From Chloroflexota bacterium (GTDB lineage: Bacteria > Chloroflexota > Limnocylindria > Limnocylindrales > CSP1-4): DNA of 49,936 nucleotides. The stretch spans positions 1 through 49,936 of the forward strand of contig JBDTOJ010000202.1 of the NCBI GenBank assembly GCA_039933295.1, written 5' to 3'. How positions within the stretch are numbered: the first letter of the stretch is position 1; every line of letters starts with the position of its first letter. The notes beneath the pieces were generated by a model. It did not search any database, was not told the origin of the DNA, and was given only the letters and a program-made list of their open reading frames with translations. Positions 26,594 to 35,265 of this stretch are shown here, one piece after another. A program made the position numbers and the translations under genes.

Positions 26594-27409
26594 GTGGACC
26601 GCGAAGATCGAAGGTCGGTGGCGGCGGCGGAGCGCCTTCCGCGCTCAGCCCTTCCGACCTGGAATCGCGCAGTTCGTTACTACACGTCCCGGCTCGTGGT
26701 GGGCCTGCTCATGCGCCTTCTGTTTCGGCTGCGAGTCGAGGGCCGGGATCAATTGCCGCCAGGCCCGGCGCTCCTCTGCTTCAACCATTTGAACTGGATG
26801 GACCCATTCCTGCTGTTCGCGACGCTGCCGCTCCGACCTCGGCTCTACATGTTCGGGCCAAAGGAGGAGGACCTCCGTCGCGGGGCCAGGAACCGGCTGA
26901 TGTACTGGACGGCGACGCCGGTCCCATTCACGCCGGCAAAGACGGACCTCATCGAGACGACGCGCCGGGTCCAGGCCGTCTTCGAAACAGGCGGGGTCCT
27001 GGCGATCGCGGGGGAGGGGAGGATCCACGTCGGCGAGCGGAGCCTCCTGCCGCTTCAGGCCGGCGCGGCCTACTTCGCGCTCCGGGCGGGAGTTCCGGTC
27101 GTGCCGATTGCCCTCAACGGCCTCTCGTGGCTTGGATTCCGGCGCACGCTGCGGGTCCGGATCGGCATGCCAATCCCGACAGGTGAGCGCCCGACGAGCG
27201 ACGCCGTCGCGCGGTTGACGGCCGTCACCACAGCCGCGCTGCTCGATCTCGTCGCCGATGCGCCCGATCCCGCGCCTCCCGGTCGGTTTGGGCGTTGGTT
27301 GACCGAACAGTTCAACGACTGGCCCGAAGGATCACGCGTGTCGGCGGAAGCAGCAGCCGAGGCGGCGGCCCGGGCCGTCGAGGACGAGCGCCCCACCTCG
27401 CACCGTTGA
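26594..27409 (+). CDS. Lysophospholipid acyltransferase (PlsC-like)
   Basis: NHLNWMD (HX4D), IAGEG, and GVPVVPI. Confidence 0.88.
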   Translation: MDREDRRSVAAAERLPRSALPTWNRAVRYYTSRLVVGLLMRLLFRLRVEGRDQLPPGPALLCFNHLNWMDPFLLFATLPLRPRLYMFGPKEEDLRRGARNRLMYWTATPVPFTPAKTDLIETTRRVQAVFETGGVLAIAGEGRIHVGERSLLPLQAGAAYFALRAGVPVVPIALNGLSWLGFRRTLRVRIGMPIPTGERPTSDAVARLTAVTTAALLDLVADAPDPAPPGRFGRWLTEQFNDWPEGSRVSAEAAAEAAARAVEDERPTSHR

Positions 27410-27491
27410 GGCGGCCAGCCCCGCGAGCTCATCTGGCATACTTTCAGCACTCGTTCAACCGTCGGTTTCGACGCCAAACTAAGGAGGTCGC

Positions 27492-27857
27492 GTGGGCGCG
27501 AGCGCACTGTCGGCTGACGCAACCGAATACCGGGCCCGTCTGGCCGATCAGCCCGACGCCCAACTTGATACCTGGGCAGCCGAGTTGATGCGCGATGTCG
27601 CCAAGCGACGCGGCGTCGTCCGGGTCGTGGATGCATTTCGCCGCTCGGCGAACCTGACCGAGGCTGAATTCGAACATGTGTTCACATCGGGCGGCGGTGC
27701 ACCGGCCACGCTCGGTCGCGACGCCGCCGGCAACCTGATCGTGCCAACGATCTCGCTCTTCGCTCTGGTCCCGGGGCTGCGGGCAAGGACCACTGATGGT
27801 CGCGCACGGCTCACAGACTTCCTCGTCGCGAACTTCGACGAGCTCGTCTACGTCTGA
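27492..27857 (+). CDS. Hypothetical helical protein (121 aa)
   Basis: AAGGAGG ribosome-binding site before the GTG; protein-like composition; no family recognised. Confidence 0.75.
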   Translation: MGASALSADATEYRARLADQPDAQLDTWAAELMRDVAKRRGVVRVVDAFRRSANLTEAEFEHVFTSGGGAPATLGRDAAGNLIVPTISLFALVPGLRARTTDGRARLTDFLVANFDELVYV

Positions 27858-28716
27858 TCGGTCGAACTTCTCGACTCAGCCCGCCGCGCTTCTGGCGCGG
27901 ATCCGCCTGGTTCATCCATTCCCCTCGATCCTCAATGGTCTCGTGGTGCTCGGGATTGCCTGGATCGCCGGTGGGTCGCCCGCATCGGTAATGCGGCTGG
28001 CTCTGGCGATGACCCTGATCCAGTTCGCGATCGGGACGACCAACGACCTTGCCGACGCCGCGCGCGATGGCGATCGGGTCCCGGCAAAGCCCATCGCAGC
28101 AGGCCTCGTGCGGCGCCGAACCGCCGCCGTTGCCGCCTCGGTGTTCGGGCTTCTGGGTCTCGCGCTGGCCGCCGTCTCGGGCGTGCTCACGTTCGGCATT
28201 GCGCTGGCGGGTCTTGCCTGCGGCCTCGTCTACAACGCCCGGATGTCCAGATCGGCCCTGAGTTGGCTGCCGTTGACCCTCGCCTTGCCGCTCCTGCCGA
28301 TCTTCGCCTGGTATGGGGCCGTCGGGTCGCTTCCGGGCGGGATCGTGCCGATCGTGCCGATCGCGATGCTGGCCGGCGCCGGATTGGCGATCGGAAATGG
28401 GCTGATCGACCTTGACCTCGATGCAGCGCGGGGCCGTCGGACGACGGCCGTCGCGCTCGGAAGGGCCGCGAGTTGGGCGGTCCATGCCTTGGCCCTGATC
28501 GCCGCGATTGCCGCAGCGCTGACGCTGATGCCGAGCGGTGGGGGAGCGTCGGGTCCGGGACTCCTGATGGTCGGCGCAGGGACCGTTCTGGTCGGAATGG
28601 TCGGCCTGGCGGTTCGGATCCCGGCGGTTCCACGCCTCGCGTGGGCCATCGAGGCCATCGGGATCGCCCTCATCGGCCTGGCGTGGGTCCTCGCGGTCGC
28701 GCCCGAGGCCCGTTGA
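27796..28716 (+). CDS. UbiA-family prenyltransferase (start uncertain)
   Basis: HPFP, Asp-rich NDLADAARD and DLDLD motifs, about 8 TM helices. The only in-frame ATG overlaps the upstream gene by 62 nt. Confidence 0.8.
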   Translation: MVAHGSQTSSSRTSTSSSTSDRSNFSTQPAALLARIRLVHPFPSILNGLVVLGIAWIAGGSPASVMRLALAMTLIQFAIGTTNDLADAARDGDRVPAKPIAAGLVRRRTAAVAASVFGLLGLALAAVSGVLTFGIALAGLACGLVYNARMSRSALSWLPLTLALPLLPIFAWYGAVGSLPGGIVPIVPIAMLAGAGLAIGNGLIDLDLDAARGRRTTAVALGRAASWAVHALALIAAIAAALTLMPSGGGASGPGLLMVGAGTVLVGMVGLAVRIPAVPRLAWAIEAIGIALIGLAWVLAVAPEAR

Positions 28717-28825
28717 CGGGTCGACAGGCTCGAAGGGCCATCGGATCCTGACGAACGTACCCCTAACGGGGCACACATCTGGATCGTTATCCTCGGTGAA
28801 CCGCATCATGCAGGAGCTTGAACCC

Positions 28826-29302
28826 GTGCATTCCGTCCTTCGCCACCTCCGCCCGATCATGATCAGTCTCGTTGCGCTGACCCTTACCGCCGGGATCGCC
28901 TTGGCCGCCAAGCCGTCCGACGCCGGCGCGGGTCACGGCCCGAAGGCCGCCGAGGTGACCGAGAACGTCGATACCGACACGGATCAGGGAACGGAGACCG
29001 ATACCGATACCGAAACGGACCCGACGACCGAGACCCCAACCGGCGCCGCGACCGGCGCAGCGAAGAATTGCCTGACTGATCCGACCACGGCAACGCCCGA
29101 GGCGTTGGCCGCGCTCACGCACGGCGCGATCGTCTGCTGGGCCGCCCACCAGGTAACGCCTGACGGCTACGCCAACCACGGGGCGTGGGTGTCTGAATGG
29201 GCGCGCAAGAACCATGGCGTCGATGCCAGCGCCAAGGGTCTCGCCAAGGCCGCCGAGAAGGCAGCCAAGCATGCCGGAGGCGCGGCGCCCGCCACTCCGT
29301 AG
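28826..29302 (+). CDS. Secreted protein with Asp/Thr-rich linker
   Basis: AGGAG ribosome-binding site plus GTG, signal peptide ending GIALA, DTDTDQGTETDTDTET tract, and repeated (T/N)HGA motif. Confidence 0.7.
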   Translation: MHSVLRHLRPIMISLVALTLTAGIALAAKPSDAGAGHGPKAAEVTENVDTDTDQGTETDTDTETDPTTETPTGAATGAAKNCLTDPTTATPEALAALTHGAIVCWAAHQVTPDGYANHGAWVSEWARKNHGVDASAKGLAKAAEKAAKHAGGAAPATP

Positions 29303-29345
29303 CGGAACTGGACCGTGATACCCGCGGTCCCATCCACGGAATCTT

Positions 29346-29372
29346 GAAGCCGGCGCTTGTGGCGCCGGCTTC
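29346..29372. terminator. Hairpin between convergent genes (likely terminator)
   Basis: GAAGCCGGCGC-TTGTG-GCGCCGGCTTC, an 11-bp perfect stem followed by a T-rich stretch. Confidence 0.7.
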
Positions 29373-29397
29373 TTCGTTGGCCCGAGCGGTCCGCGCG

Positions 29398-30411
29398 TCA
29401 GGAGTCGGAGACGTCTCCGCTCCGGACCATCGCGATCACGTTCTCCAACTTGAGCTTCGTGATCGTCAGGTACTTGGCTAGGTTCGCCCGATCGATGGCG
29501 CCAATGGCTGCCACCACGTCCGGAGCGCGGAGGACGTCCACGAGGTCTTCGACCGCATCCGCAAGGTGCTGTTTCGCGGTAATGAGTGAGTCATCGTTGA
29601 GCGGGGCGGACTCCGCCCGTCGGCCGGTCCACGCAGCGGCCGCGTCCTCGACCATGGCCTCGGACGCCGGCGCGTCCTCGGTCGCTCGCCCGGGAGCCTC
29701 CGCGGTCGACGGTCGCCGACCATCGATCTTGTCGCGGAGCTTCTGAAGGGTCAGCTCACCGCGGGCGACCTGCTGGCCCAATCGCTTGCGCTTCTTGGGA
29801 TCCTCGACCTTCATCAGCTCGTAGGCATGGGACAGCGTGTCTTTGCGCAAGGACACCAGCTCCCGAACGTCGTCCGGGGCACCCGCCAGGCGGAGCCGAT
29901 TCTCGAGGTAGCCCTTGTCCTTGCCCAGCTTCTGGGCGAGCTTCCGGACTGAGTACCCATGTTCGTGAACCATGCGGTCGAACATCGCGGCCTCATCGAG
30001 CGGGGAGAGGTCCTCGCGCTGGAGGTTCTCGATGATCGAGATCTCCAGGGCCGTGTCGTCGTCGATGTCCTCGACGAGCGCGGGGATCGTGTCGAGACCG
30101 GCGGCCTTCGAGGCGCGCCAGCGCCGCTCGCCCGCAATCAGCTGGTACTCGTTGTTGCCGCGCGGCCGGACCAGGATCGGCTGGAGGACCCCATGTTCGC
30201 GGATCGACGCCGATAGTTCTGCGAGTGCCGCAGGATCCATCGCGAGTCGCGGCTGGTCGGCGTTCGGGGAAATCTGGTCAACCGGAATCACGCGCACGCC
30301 CGATGAGTGGCCGATGCGATCCTGCGAGAGCAGGCTCAGGATGGCGGGGGAGAGCTCTCGCTCCTCCGAAAGGCGACGCGCCGCAACGGCGCGGAAATCG
30401 GTTCTAGCCAA
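29398..30411 (-). CDS. parB: ParB/Spo0J chromosome partition protein
   Basis: QPR, LQPILVR, GERRWRA CTP-binding box, ENLQREDL, and HTH. GGAGG ribosome-binding site before TTG 30411. Confidence 0.94.
   Translation of the reverse strand: MARTDFRAVAARRLSEERELSPAILSLLSQDRIGHSSGVRVIPVDQISPNADQPRLAMDPAALAELSASIREHGVLQPILVRPRGNNEYQLIAGERRWRASKAAGLDTIPALVEDIDDDTALEISIIENLQREDLSPLDEAAMFDRMVHEHGYSVRKLAQKLGKDKGYLENRLRLAGAPDDVRELVSLRKDTLSHAYELMKVEDPKKRKRLGQQVARGELTLQKLRDKIDGRRPSTAEAPGRATEDAPASEAMVEDAAAAWTGRRAESAPLNDDSLITAKQHLADAVEDLVDVLRAPDVVAAIGAIDRANLAKYLTITKLKLENVIAMVRSGDVSDS
29839..29854. repeat. 16-bp palindrome copy 1 (GTCTTTGCGCAAGGAC), candidate parS
   Basis: One mismatch from GTCTTTGCGCAAAGAC. 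Lies inside parB. Confidence 0.7.
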
Positions 30412-31168
30412 GGTCAATGACCTCCCGGGCAAGCTCGCGATACGTCCGTGCTGCGTCGGTGTAACCCGCGTAGCTGGTAATCGGGCGGCCCGCAAGCGGT
30501 GCCTCGCCGAGCTTGACGGTGTTCCGGATGATCGATGCGAATACGTGGTGATCGCCGACGGCGCGGAGTTCGTCGAGCATGTCCTTCGCGAGGTTCGTGC
30601 GCCCGTCGTAGAACGTTGGCAGAAGACCCAGGATTTTCAGCTTCCGGTTGAGCTTGAGGCGAATGGTGTTGATGACCTTGACCAGGTTGTTCAGGCCCTT
30701 CATCGCGTAGAACTGGGTCTGGACCGGGATGATCACCCCATCCGCGGCCACGAGCCCGTTGACGGTGAGCAGGCCGAGGTTGGGCGGACAATCGATCAGC
30801 GCATAGTCGTATCGATTCTTAAGCTTGCCCTCGAGAGCGTCACGCAGGATTCCTTCGCGTCCGAGCATCGTGAACAACTCACCCTCGGTAGCCGCGAGAT
30901 CGATGTGCGCCGGCACGACGTCGATGTGCTCGGTCTGCGTGGACACGATCACCTGATCGACCGTGGCGCGTCCGACGAGGACGTCGGCCATGGAGAGTTC
31001 GATGCTGTTGAGGTTGATGCCGAGACCCGCGGTGAGATTCGCCTGCGGATCCATGTCGATGCACAGGACCCGGAAATTCTCCTCCGCCAGCGCGCCCGCC
31101 AGATTGATCGTCGTCGTCGTCTTGCCGACGCCGCCCTTCTGGTTCGCAATTGCAATTACGTTGGTCAC
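30404..31168 (-). CDS. parA: ParA/Soj ATPase
   Basis: ANQKGGVGKTTT, DMDPQAN, IDCPPNLG and IPVQ. GAGGTG ribosome-binding site before GTG 31168. Confidence 0.95.
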   Translation of the reverse strand: MTNVIAIANQKGGVGKTTTTINLAGALAEENFRVLCIDMDPQANLTAGLGINLNSIELSMADVLVGRATVDQVIVSTQTEHIDVVPAHIDLAATEGELFTMLGREGILRDALEGKLKNRYDYALIDCPPNLGLLTVNGLVAADGVIIPVQTQFYAMKGLNNLVKVINTIRLKLNRKLKILGLLPTFYDGRTNLAKDMLDELRAVGDHHVFASIIRNTVKLGEAPLAGRPITSYAGYTDAARTYRELAREVIDLG

Positions 31169-31287
31169 CGGAGAAACACCTCGGATGGGCGACAGGATGG
31201 AGCGCTGGCTGCGCATCGGTCGATCCGCAATGGTGGGGGAGCGACCGTCAAATCCTACTCCAGGCTGCCCGTTCTCTGGCAGGCGAC

Positions 31288-31329
31288 TTATCCACAGGTT
31301 GGGAGACTTGTGCACCGAAGTGTGGATTA
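31288..31329. promoter_or_regulatory. DnaA-box cluster upstream of parA
   Basis: Perfect TTATCCACA at 31288-31296, weak TTGTGCACC at 31308-31316, and inverted TGTGGATTA at 31321-31329. Confidence 0.65.
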
Positions 31330-31448
31330 CCGAGATGGTGTGTTGACGCCCGAGTACGGGCGTTTCAGGCTCGTTGGCCCCGAGAATCCGTGAGCTGCGT
31401 GGCGTGGTGTCTAGAATGAACGAGACCTCACCGATCCCGTGGAGCCGT

Positions 31449-31464
31449 GTCCTTGCGCAAAGAC
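31449..31464. repeat. 16-bp palindrome copy 2 (GTCCTTGCGCAAAGAC), candidate parS
   Basis: One mismatch from the perfect palindrome. Lies between parA and pccB. Confidence 0.7.
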
Positions 31465-31518
31465 GGCTACCTGTGGGCCGATCGCAGCGATATCGACGAG
31501 CCGAATTGGAGACGAAGC

Positions 31519-33072
31519 GTGCCATCGAATGCAGAGCGTCTGAACCGACTCGCCGAGATGCGCGCTGAATCCGTGACGGGCGGCGGCCAGGCGCGAATCG
31601 ATCGCCAACACGAGGCCGGAAAGCTGACCGCGCGCGAGCGGATCGATCTCCTGCTCGATGCTGGCTCGTTCGTCGAACTCGACGCGTTCGTGACATCTCG
31701 GTCTGCTGACGCCGGACCGGACCAGCCGCGCTATCTCGGTGATGGCGTCGTGACCGGGCACGGATCCGTTGACGGTCGATTGGTGTTTGTCTTCAGCCAG
31801 GACTTCACCGTATTCGGTGGGTCGCTGTCCGAGGCCTACGCCGAGAAGATCTGCAAAATCATGGATTTGGCGATGAATGTCGGCGCACCGATCATCGGCC
31901 TGAACGATTCGGGTGGGGCCCGGATCCAGGAGGGCGTCGTTTCCCTTGGCGGATATGCCGACATCTTTCTGCGGAACGTCATGGCATCGGGCGTAGTTCC
32001 CCAGATCTCTGTGATCATGGGCCCATGCGCCGGGGGAGCGGTCTATTCGCCGGCGATCACGGACTTCACCGTCATGGTCGATGGAACGAGCTACATGTTC
32101 GTGACCGGACCAAATGTGGTGAAGGCGGTGACACACGAAGAAGTGGACGCGGAGTCGCTCGGCGGTGCCTCGGTCCACACATCGCGGAGTGGCGTCGCCC
32201 ACCTGGCCGTAGCCGATGAGTCGGACGCGCTCGATACGGTGCGGCGGATACTGTCCCACCTCCCACAGAACAATCTGGAGACGACCGCTGCGGTTCCGAC
32301 GACAGACCCGTCGGATCGGATGGACGCCGCGCTCGACGTCGTCGTCCCCGACGATCCGCAGAAGCCGTACGACATGCATGACGTCATCGCCGGCGTCGTG
32401 GATGATCGCGAATTCCTCGAGATCCAGCCAGCATGGGCCCCGAACATCCTGGTCGGGTTTGCGCGACTCGGCGGGAGGAGCATTGGGATTGTTGCCCAGC
32501 AGCCATCGGTTCTCGCCGGGGCGCTCGACATCGATGCGTCGACCAAGGCGGCCCGATTCGTTCGCACCTGTGATTGCTTCAATATCCCGATCGTCTCATT
32601 TGTCGATGTCCCGGGGTTCCTGCCGGGTGTCGCCCAGGAGCACGGTGGAATTATCAAGCACGGGGCCAAGCTGCTGTACGCCTACTGCGAGGCCACCGTC
32701 CCCAAGGTCACGGTCATCACGCGCAAGGCGTATGGCGGCGCCTATGACGTCATGAGCAGCAAACACATCCGCGGCGACATGAACTTCGCGTGGCCCACCG
32801 CGGAGATCGCGGTCATGGGAGCGGAGGGTGCCGTCAACGTCATCTTCAAGGATGCGATTGCTGCTGCGAAGGACCCGGCGGCGGAACGAGTCCGGCTCAT
32901 CGCCGAGTACGAGCTGGAATTCGCCCACCCGTACATCGCCGCCGCCCGCGGTTACGTCGATGATGTCTTTCGGCCGTCAGAGACTCGCCCCCGACTCATT
33001 CGCGCTCTTGACATGCTGGCCAACAAGCGCGCCACGAATCCGCGGAAGAAGCATGGCAACATCCCGCTCTGA
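31519..33072 (+). CDS. pccB: Acyl-CoA (propionyl-CoA) carboxylase carboxyltransferase subunit
   Basis: [42 protein letters not shown] and KKHGNIPL. Alternative GTG start at 31447. Confidence 0.95.
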   Translation: MPSNAERLNRLAEMRAESVTGGGQARIDRQHEAGKLTARERIDLLLDAGSFVELDAFVTSRSADAGPDQPRYLGDGVVTGHGSVDGRLVFVFSQDFTVFGGSLSEAYAEKICKIMDLAMNVGAPIIGLNDSGGARIQEGVVSLGGYADIFLRNVMASGVVPQISVIMGPCAGGAVYSPAITDFTVMVDGTSYMFVTGPNVVKAVTHEEVDAESLGGASVHTSRSGVAHLAVADESDALDTVRRILSHLPQNNLETTAAVPTTDPSDRMDAALDVVVPDDPQKPYDMHDVIAGVVDDREFLEIQPAWAPNILVGFARLGGRSIGIVAQQPSVLAGALDIDASTKAARFVRTCDCFNIPIVSFVDVPGFLPGVAQEHGGIIKHGAKLLYAYCEATVPKVTVITRKAYGGAYDVMSSKHIRGDMNFAWPTAEIAVMGAEGAVNVIFKDAIAAAKDPAAERVRLIAEYELEFAHPYIAAARGYVDDVFRPSETRPRLIRALDMLANKRATNPRKKHGNIPL

Positions 33073-33087
33073 AGTCAGCACGGATCC

Positions 33088-33103
33088 GTCTTTGCGCAAA
33101 GAC
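33088..33103. repeat. 16-bp perfect palindrome copy 3 (GTCTTTGCGCAAAGAC), candidate parS
   Basis: Perfect inverted repeat overlapping the biotin carboxylase start. Confidence 0.7.
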
Positions 33104-34651
33104 GATCTGAGCACGCCGCCGTTTCGGCGTGTGCTGATTGCGAATCGAGGCGAGATCGCGGTCCGCATCATCCGGGCCTGTCGAGAGATGGGGATGCAAT
33201 CGGTGGCCGTCTACAGCGACGCAGATGCCACGGCCGCCCATGTCGAACTGGCCGATCTGGCGATTCGAATCGGCCCGGCGGCGCCCGCCGAGAGCTACCT
33301 GCGAATCGATCGGATTGTTCAGGCGGCGCTCGATACCGGATCCGATGCGGTCCATCCCGGCTACGGGTTCCTGTCCGAGCGGGCTGCGTTTGCGCGAGCG
33401 GTCATCGGCGCGGGCCTGGCCTTCGTCGGGCCCGACCCCGACACGATCGAAGCGATCGGGGACAAGTTGCAGGCGCGTCGACTCGCTCGGGACGTCGGGG
33501 TCCTGGCGGTGCCGGGGTCTCTCGAACCAGCGATGATCGAGCGCCCAGACCAGATTGCCGCGATCACGGCCGAGGCCGAGGCGATCGGGTTCCCGCTCCT
33601 GGTCAAGGCGGCGGCCGGCGGCGGTGGCCGCGGGATGCGGAGGGTCGCGACGATTCGCGAGCTGGTGGAGGCGCTGGCAGATGGTTCCCGCGAGGCAGCC
33701 TCTGCATTCGGCGATGGCGCCGTCTATCTCGAGCGTGAGGTTCGTCCAGCTCGGCATGTCGAAGTCCAACTCCTCGGTGACGTCAGCGGTCATGTCGTTG
33801 CGATCGGGGAGCGGGATTGCTCCCTTCAACGGCGCCACCAGAAGCTCGTCGAGGAAGCCCCAGCTCCCGGACTGACCGGCGCTGATCGCGAACGCCTCCA
33901 CGAGTTGGCTGTGCGGGTCGCACGCGCGGCAGGCCTCAAGAACGCCGCGACGGCCGAGTTCCTACTTGGCCCCGATGGGTCGTTCTACTTCCTGGAGGTC
34001 AATACCCGCCTGCAGGTGGAGCACGGGGTCACCGAACTCGTCTCCGGCCTGGACATCGTCCGGGAGCAATTCCACCTCGCGGCTGGGTTTTCCCTGTCGG
34101 CTGCAGCGATGGAGGCCGCCGCTCGAGCGACAGATCCTCGTGGCCATGCAATCGAGGTCCGCGTGAGCGCTGAGGACCCCGGTCGGGACTTCGCTCCGAC
34201 ACCTGGCCGTTTGACGGGCTGGGCCATGCCGAGCGGTCCGGGCGTCCGCGTTGACACTGCACTCGTTGCGGGCGATGAAGTTCCGGCAGCGTACGACAAC
34301 CTCATGGCCAAGATCATGGTCCACGCCGGGACGCGCGACGAGGCCATTGATCGATTGCGGCGTGCTCTCGATGAGACCGAGATCGGCGGGATCCAGACGA
34401 CCCTGCCGTTCCATCGCTTCGTCGCCCGGGATCCCTCGTTTCGGACCGGCTCGGTCCACACCGAGTGGGTCGGCGAGCATTGGGACGGTGCTGGGGAGTT
34501 CAAGCGTGCGGCCGGACTGGCGATGCTCGCGGCCGGGCTCGGTGTAGTCGGACGGCCCGGCGCGGCAGCGAGCCCTGGACGGGCCGCCGATTCGCTCGGC
34601 GACTGGCGCGCCGCAGCTCTCGAGGACGGTGTCGATCGGTGGCCACGTTGA
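33092..34651 (+). CDS. accC: Biotin carboxylase subunit
   Basis: VLIANRGEIA, HPGYGFLSE, GGGGRGMR, RDCSLQRRHQK and EVNTRLQVEH. TTG start inferred. Confidence 0.94.
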   Translation: MRKDDLSTPPFRRVLIANRGEIAVRIIRACREMGMQSVAVYSDADATAAHVELADLAIRIGPAAPAESYLRIDRIVQAALDTGSDAVHPGYGFLSERAAFARAVIGAGLAFVGPDPDTIEAIGDKLQARRLARDVGVLAVPGSLEPAMIERPDQIAAITAEAEAIGFPLLVKAAAGGGGRGMRRVATIRELVEALADGSREAASAFGDGAVYLEREVRPARHVEVQLLGDVSGHVVAIGERDCSLQRRHQKLVEEAPAPGLTGADRERLHELAVRVARAAGLKNAATAEFLLGPDGSFYFLEVNTRLQVEHGVTELVSGLDIVREQFHLAAGFSLSAAAMEAAARATDPRGHAIEVRVSAEDPGRDFAPTPGRLTGWAMPSGPGVRVDTALVAGDEVPAAYDNLMAKIMVHAGTRDEAIDRLRRALDETEIGGIQTTLPFHRFVARDPSFRTGSVHTEWVGEHWDGAGEFKRAAGLAMLAAGLGVVGRPGAAASPGRAADSLGDWRAAALEDGVDRWPR

Positions 34652-35250
34652 CCGCCGAGCGACGCACTGAACGCGGACCCGGAGTGGGGGAACCAGACCG
34701 GGCAGTACGCGCGAGCCTCGCGCCAGCGTCTGCCAGTGCCGGCCTCGACGCGGTCAACGTCGATATCGGCGCGGATCCGGGAGTCATCGTGGTCGACGGA
34801 TCGACTAGCCCGACCACCTTCCGTCGTCTCGACCCGGAGCGATCTGAGCTCAGCACCCGAGGCTCGATCGTCCGCGTTCGTGACCGCGCCTCGCCGACGC
34901 AGCCCCGGGACTCAGGCACTGTACGACGGGAAGTCCTGATTGACGGCTGGCGCGTCGTTGTCGACCTGGAGCCTGCCGCGCGTGCAGCACTTCGTGAACG
35001 AGCGCGACGGGGCCGGGCCACGGGGACAACCGGTGGCCCCGCCGAAGTCCGTGCCATGATTCCGGGCGTCGTCGTCGCCGTGCCCGTCGCCGCGGGTGAT
35101 AGGGTCAGCGCTGGACAGAAGCTCGTGATCGTCGAAGCCATGAAGATGCAGAACGAGCTCCTCGCGCCCCGCGATGGGGTCATCGATCGATTGAACGTGG
35201 TCACCGGCGAGAGGATCGAGGTGGGTGACGTCCTCCTCGTGATCAGCTGA
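34648..35250 (+). CDS. accB: Biotin carboxyl carrier protein with N-terminal extension
   Basis: EAMKMQNE biotinylation motif. TTGA overlap start. Confidence 0.88.
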   Translation: MTAERRTERGPGVGEPDRAVRASLAPASASAGLDAVNVDIGADPGVIVVDGSTSPTTFRRLDPERSELSTRGSIVRVRDRASPTQPRDSGTVRREVLIDGWRVVVDLEPAARAALRERARRGRATGTTGGPAEVRAMIPGVVVAVPVAAGDRVSAGQKLVIVEAMKMQNELLAPRDGVIDRLNVVTGERIEVGDVLLVIS

Positions 35251-35265
35251 TAGCAGGGAGGGTGT

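Noticed and set aside
28970-29040. GATACC/GAGACC repeats
   Set aside because: In-frame Asp/Thr low-complexity coding sequence.
31169-31518. Full oriC
   Set aside because: Only two or three DnaA boxes, no AT-rich unwinding element or DnaA-trio run, and no dnaA nearby.
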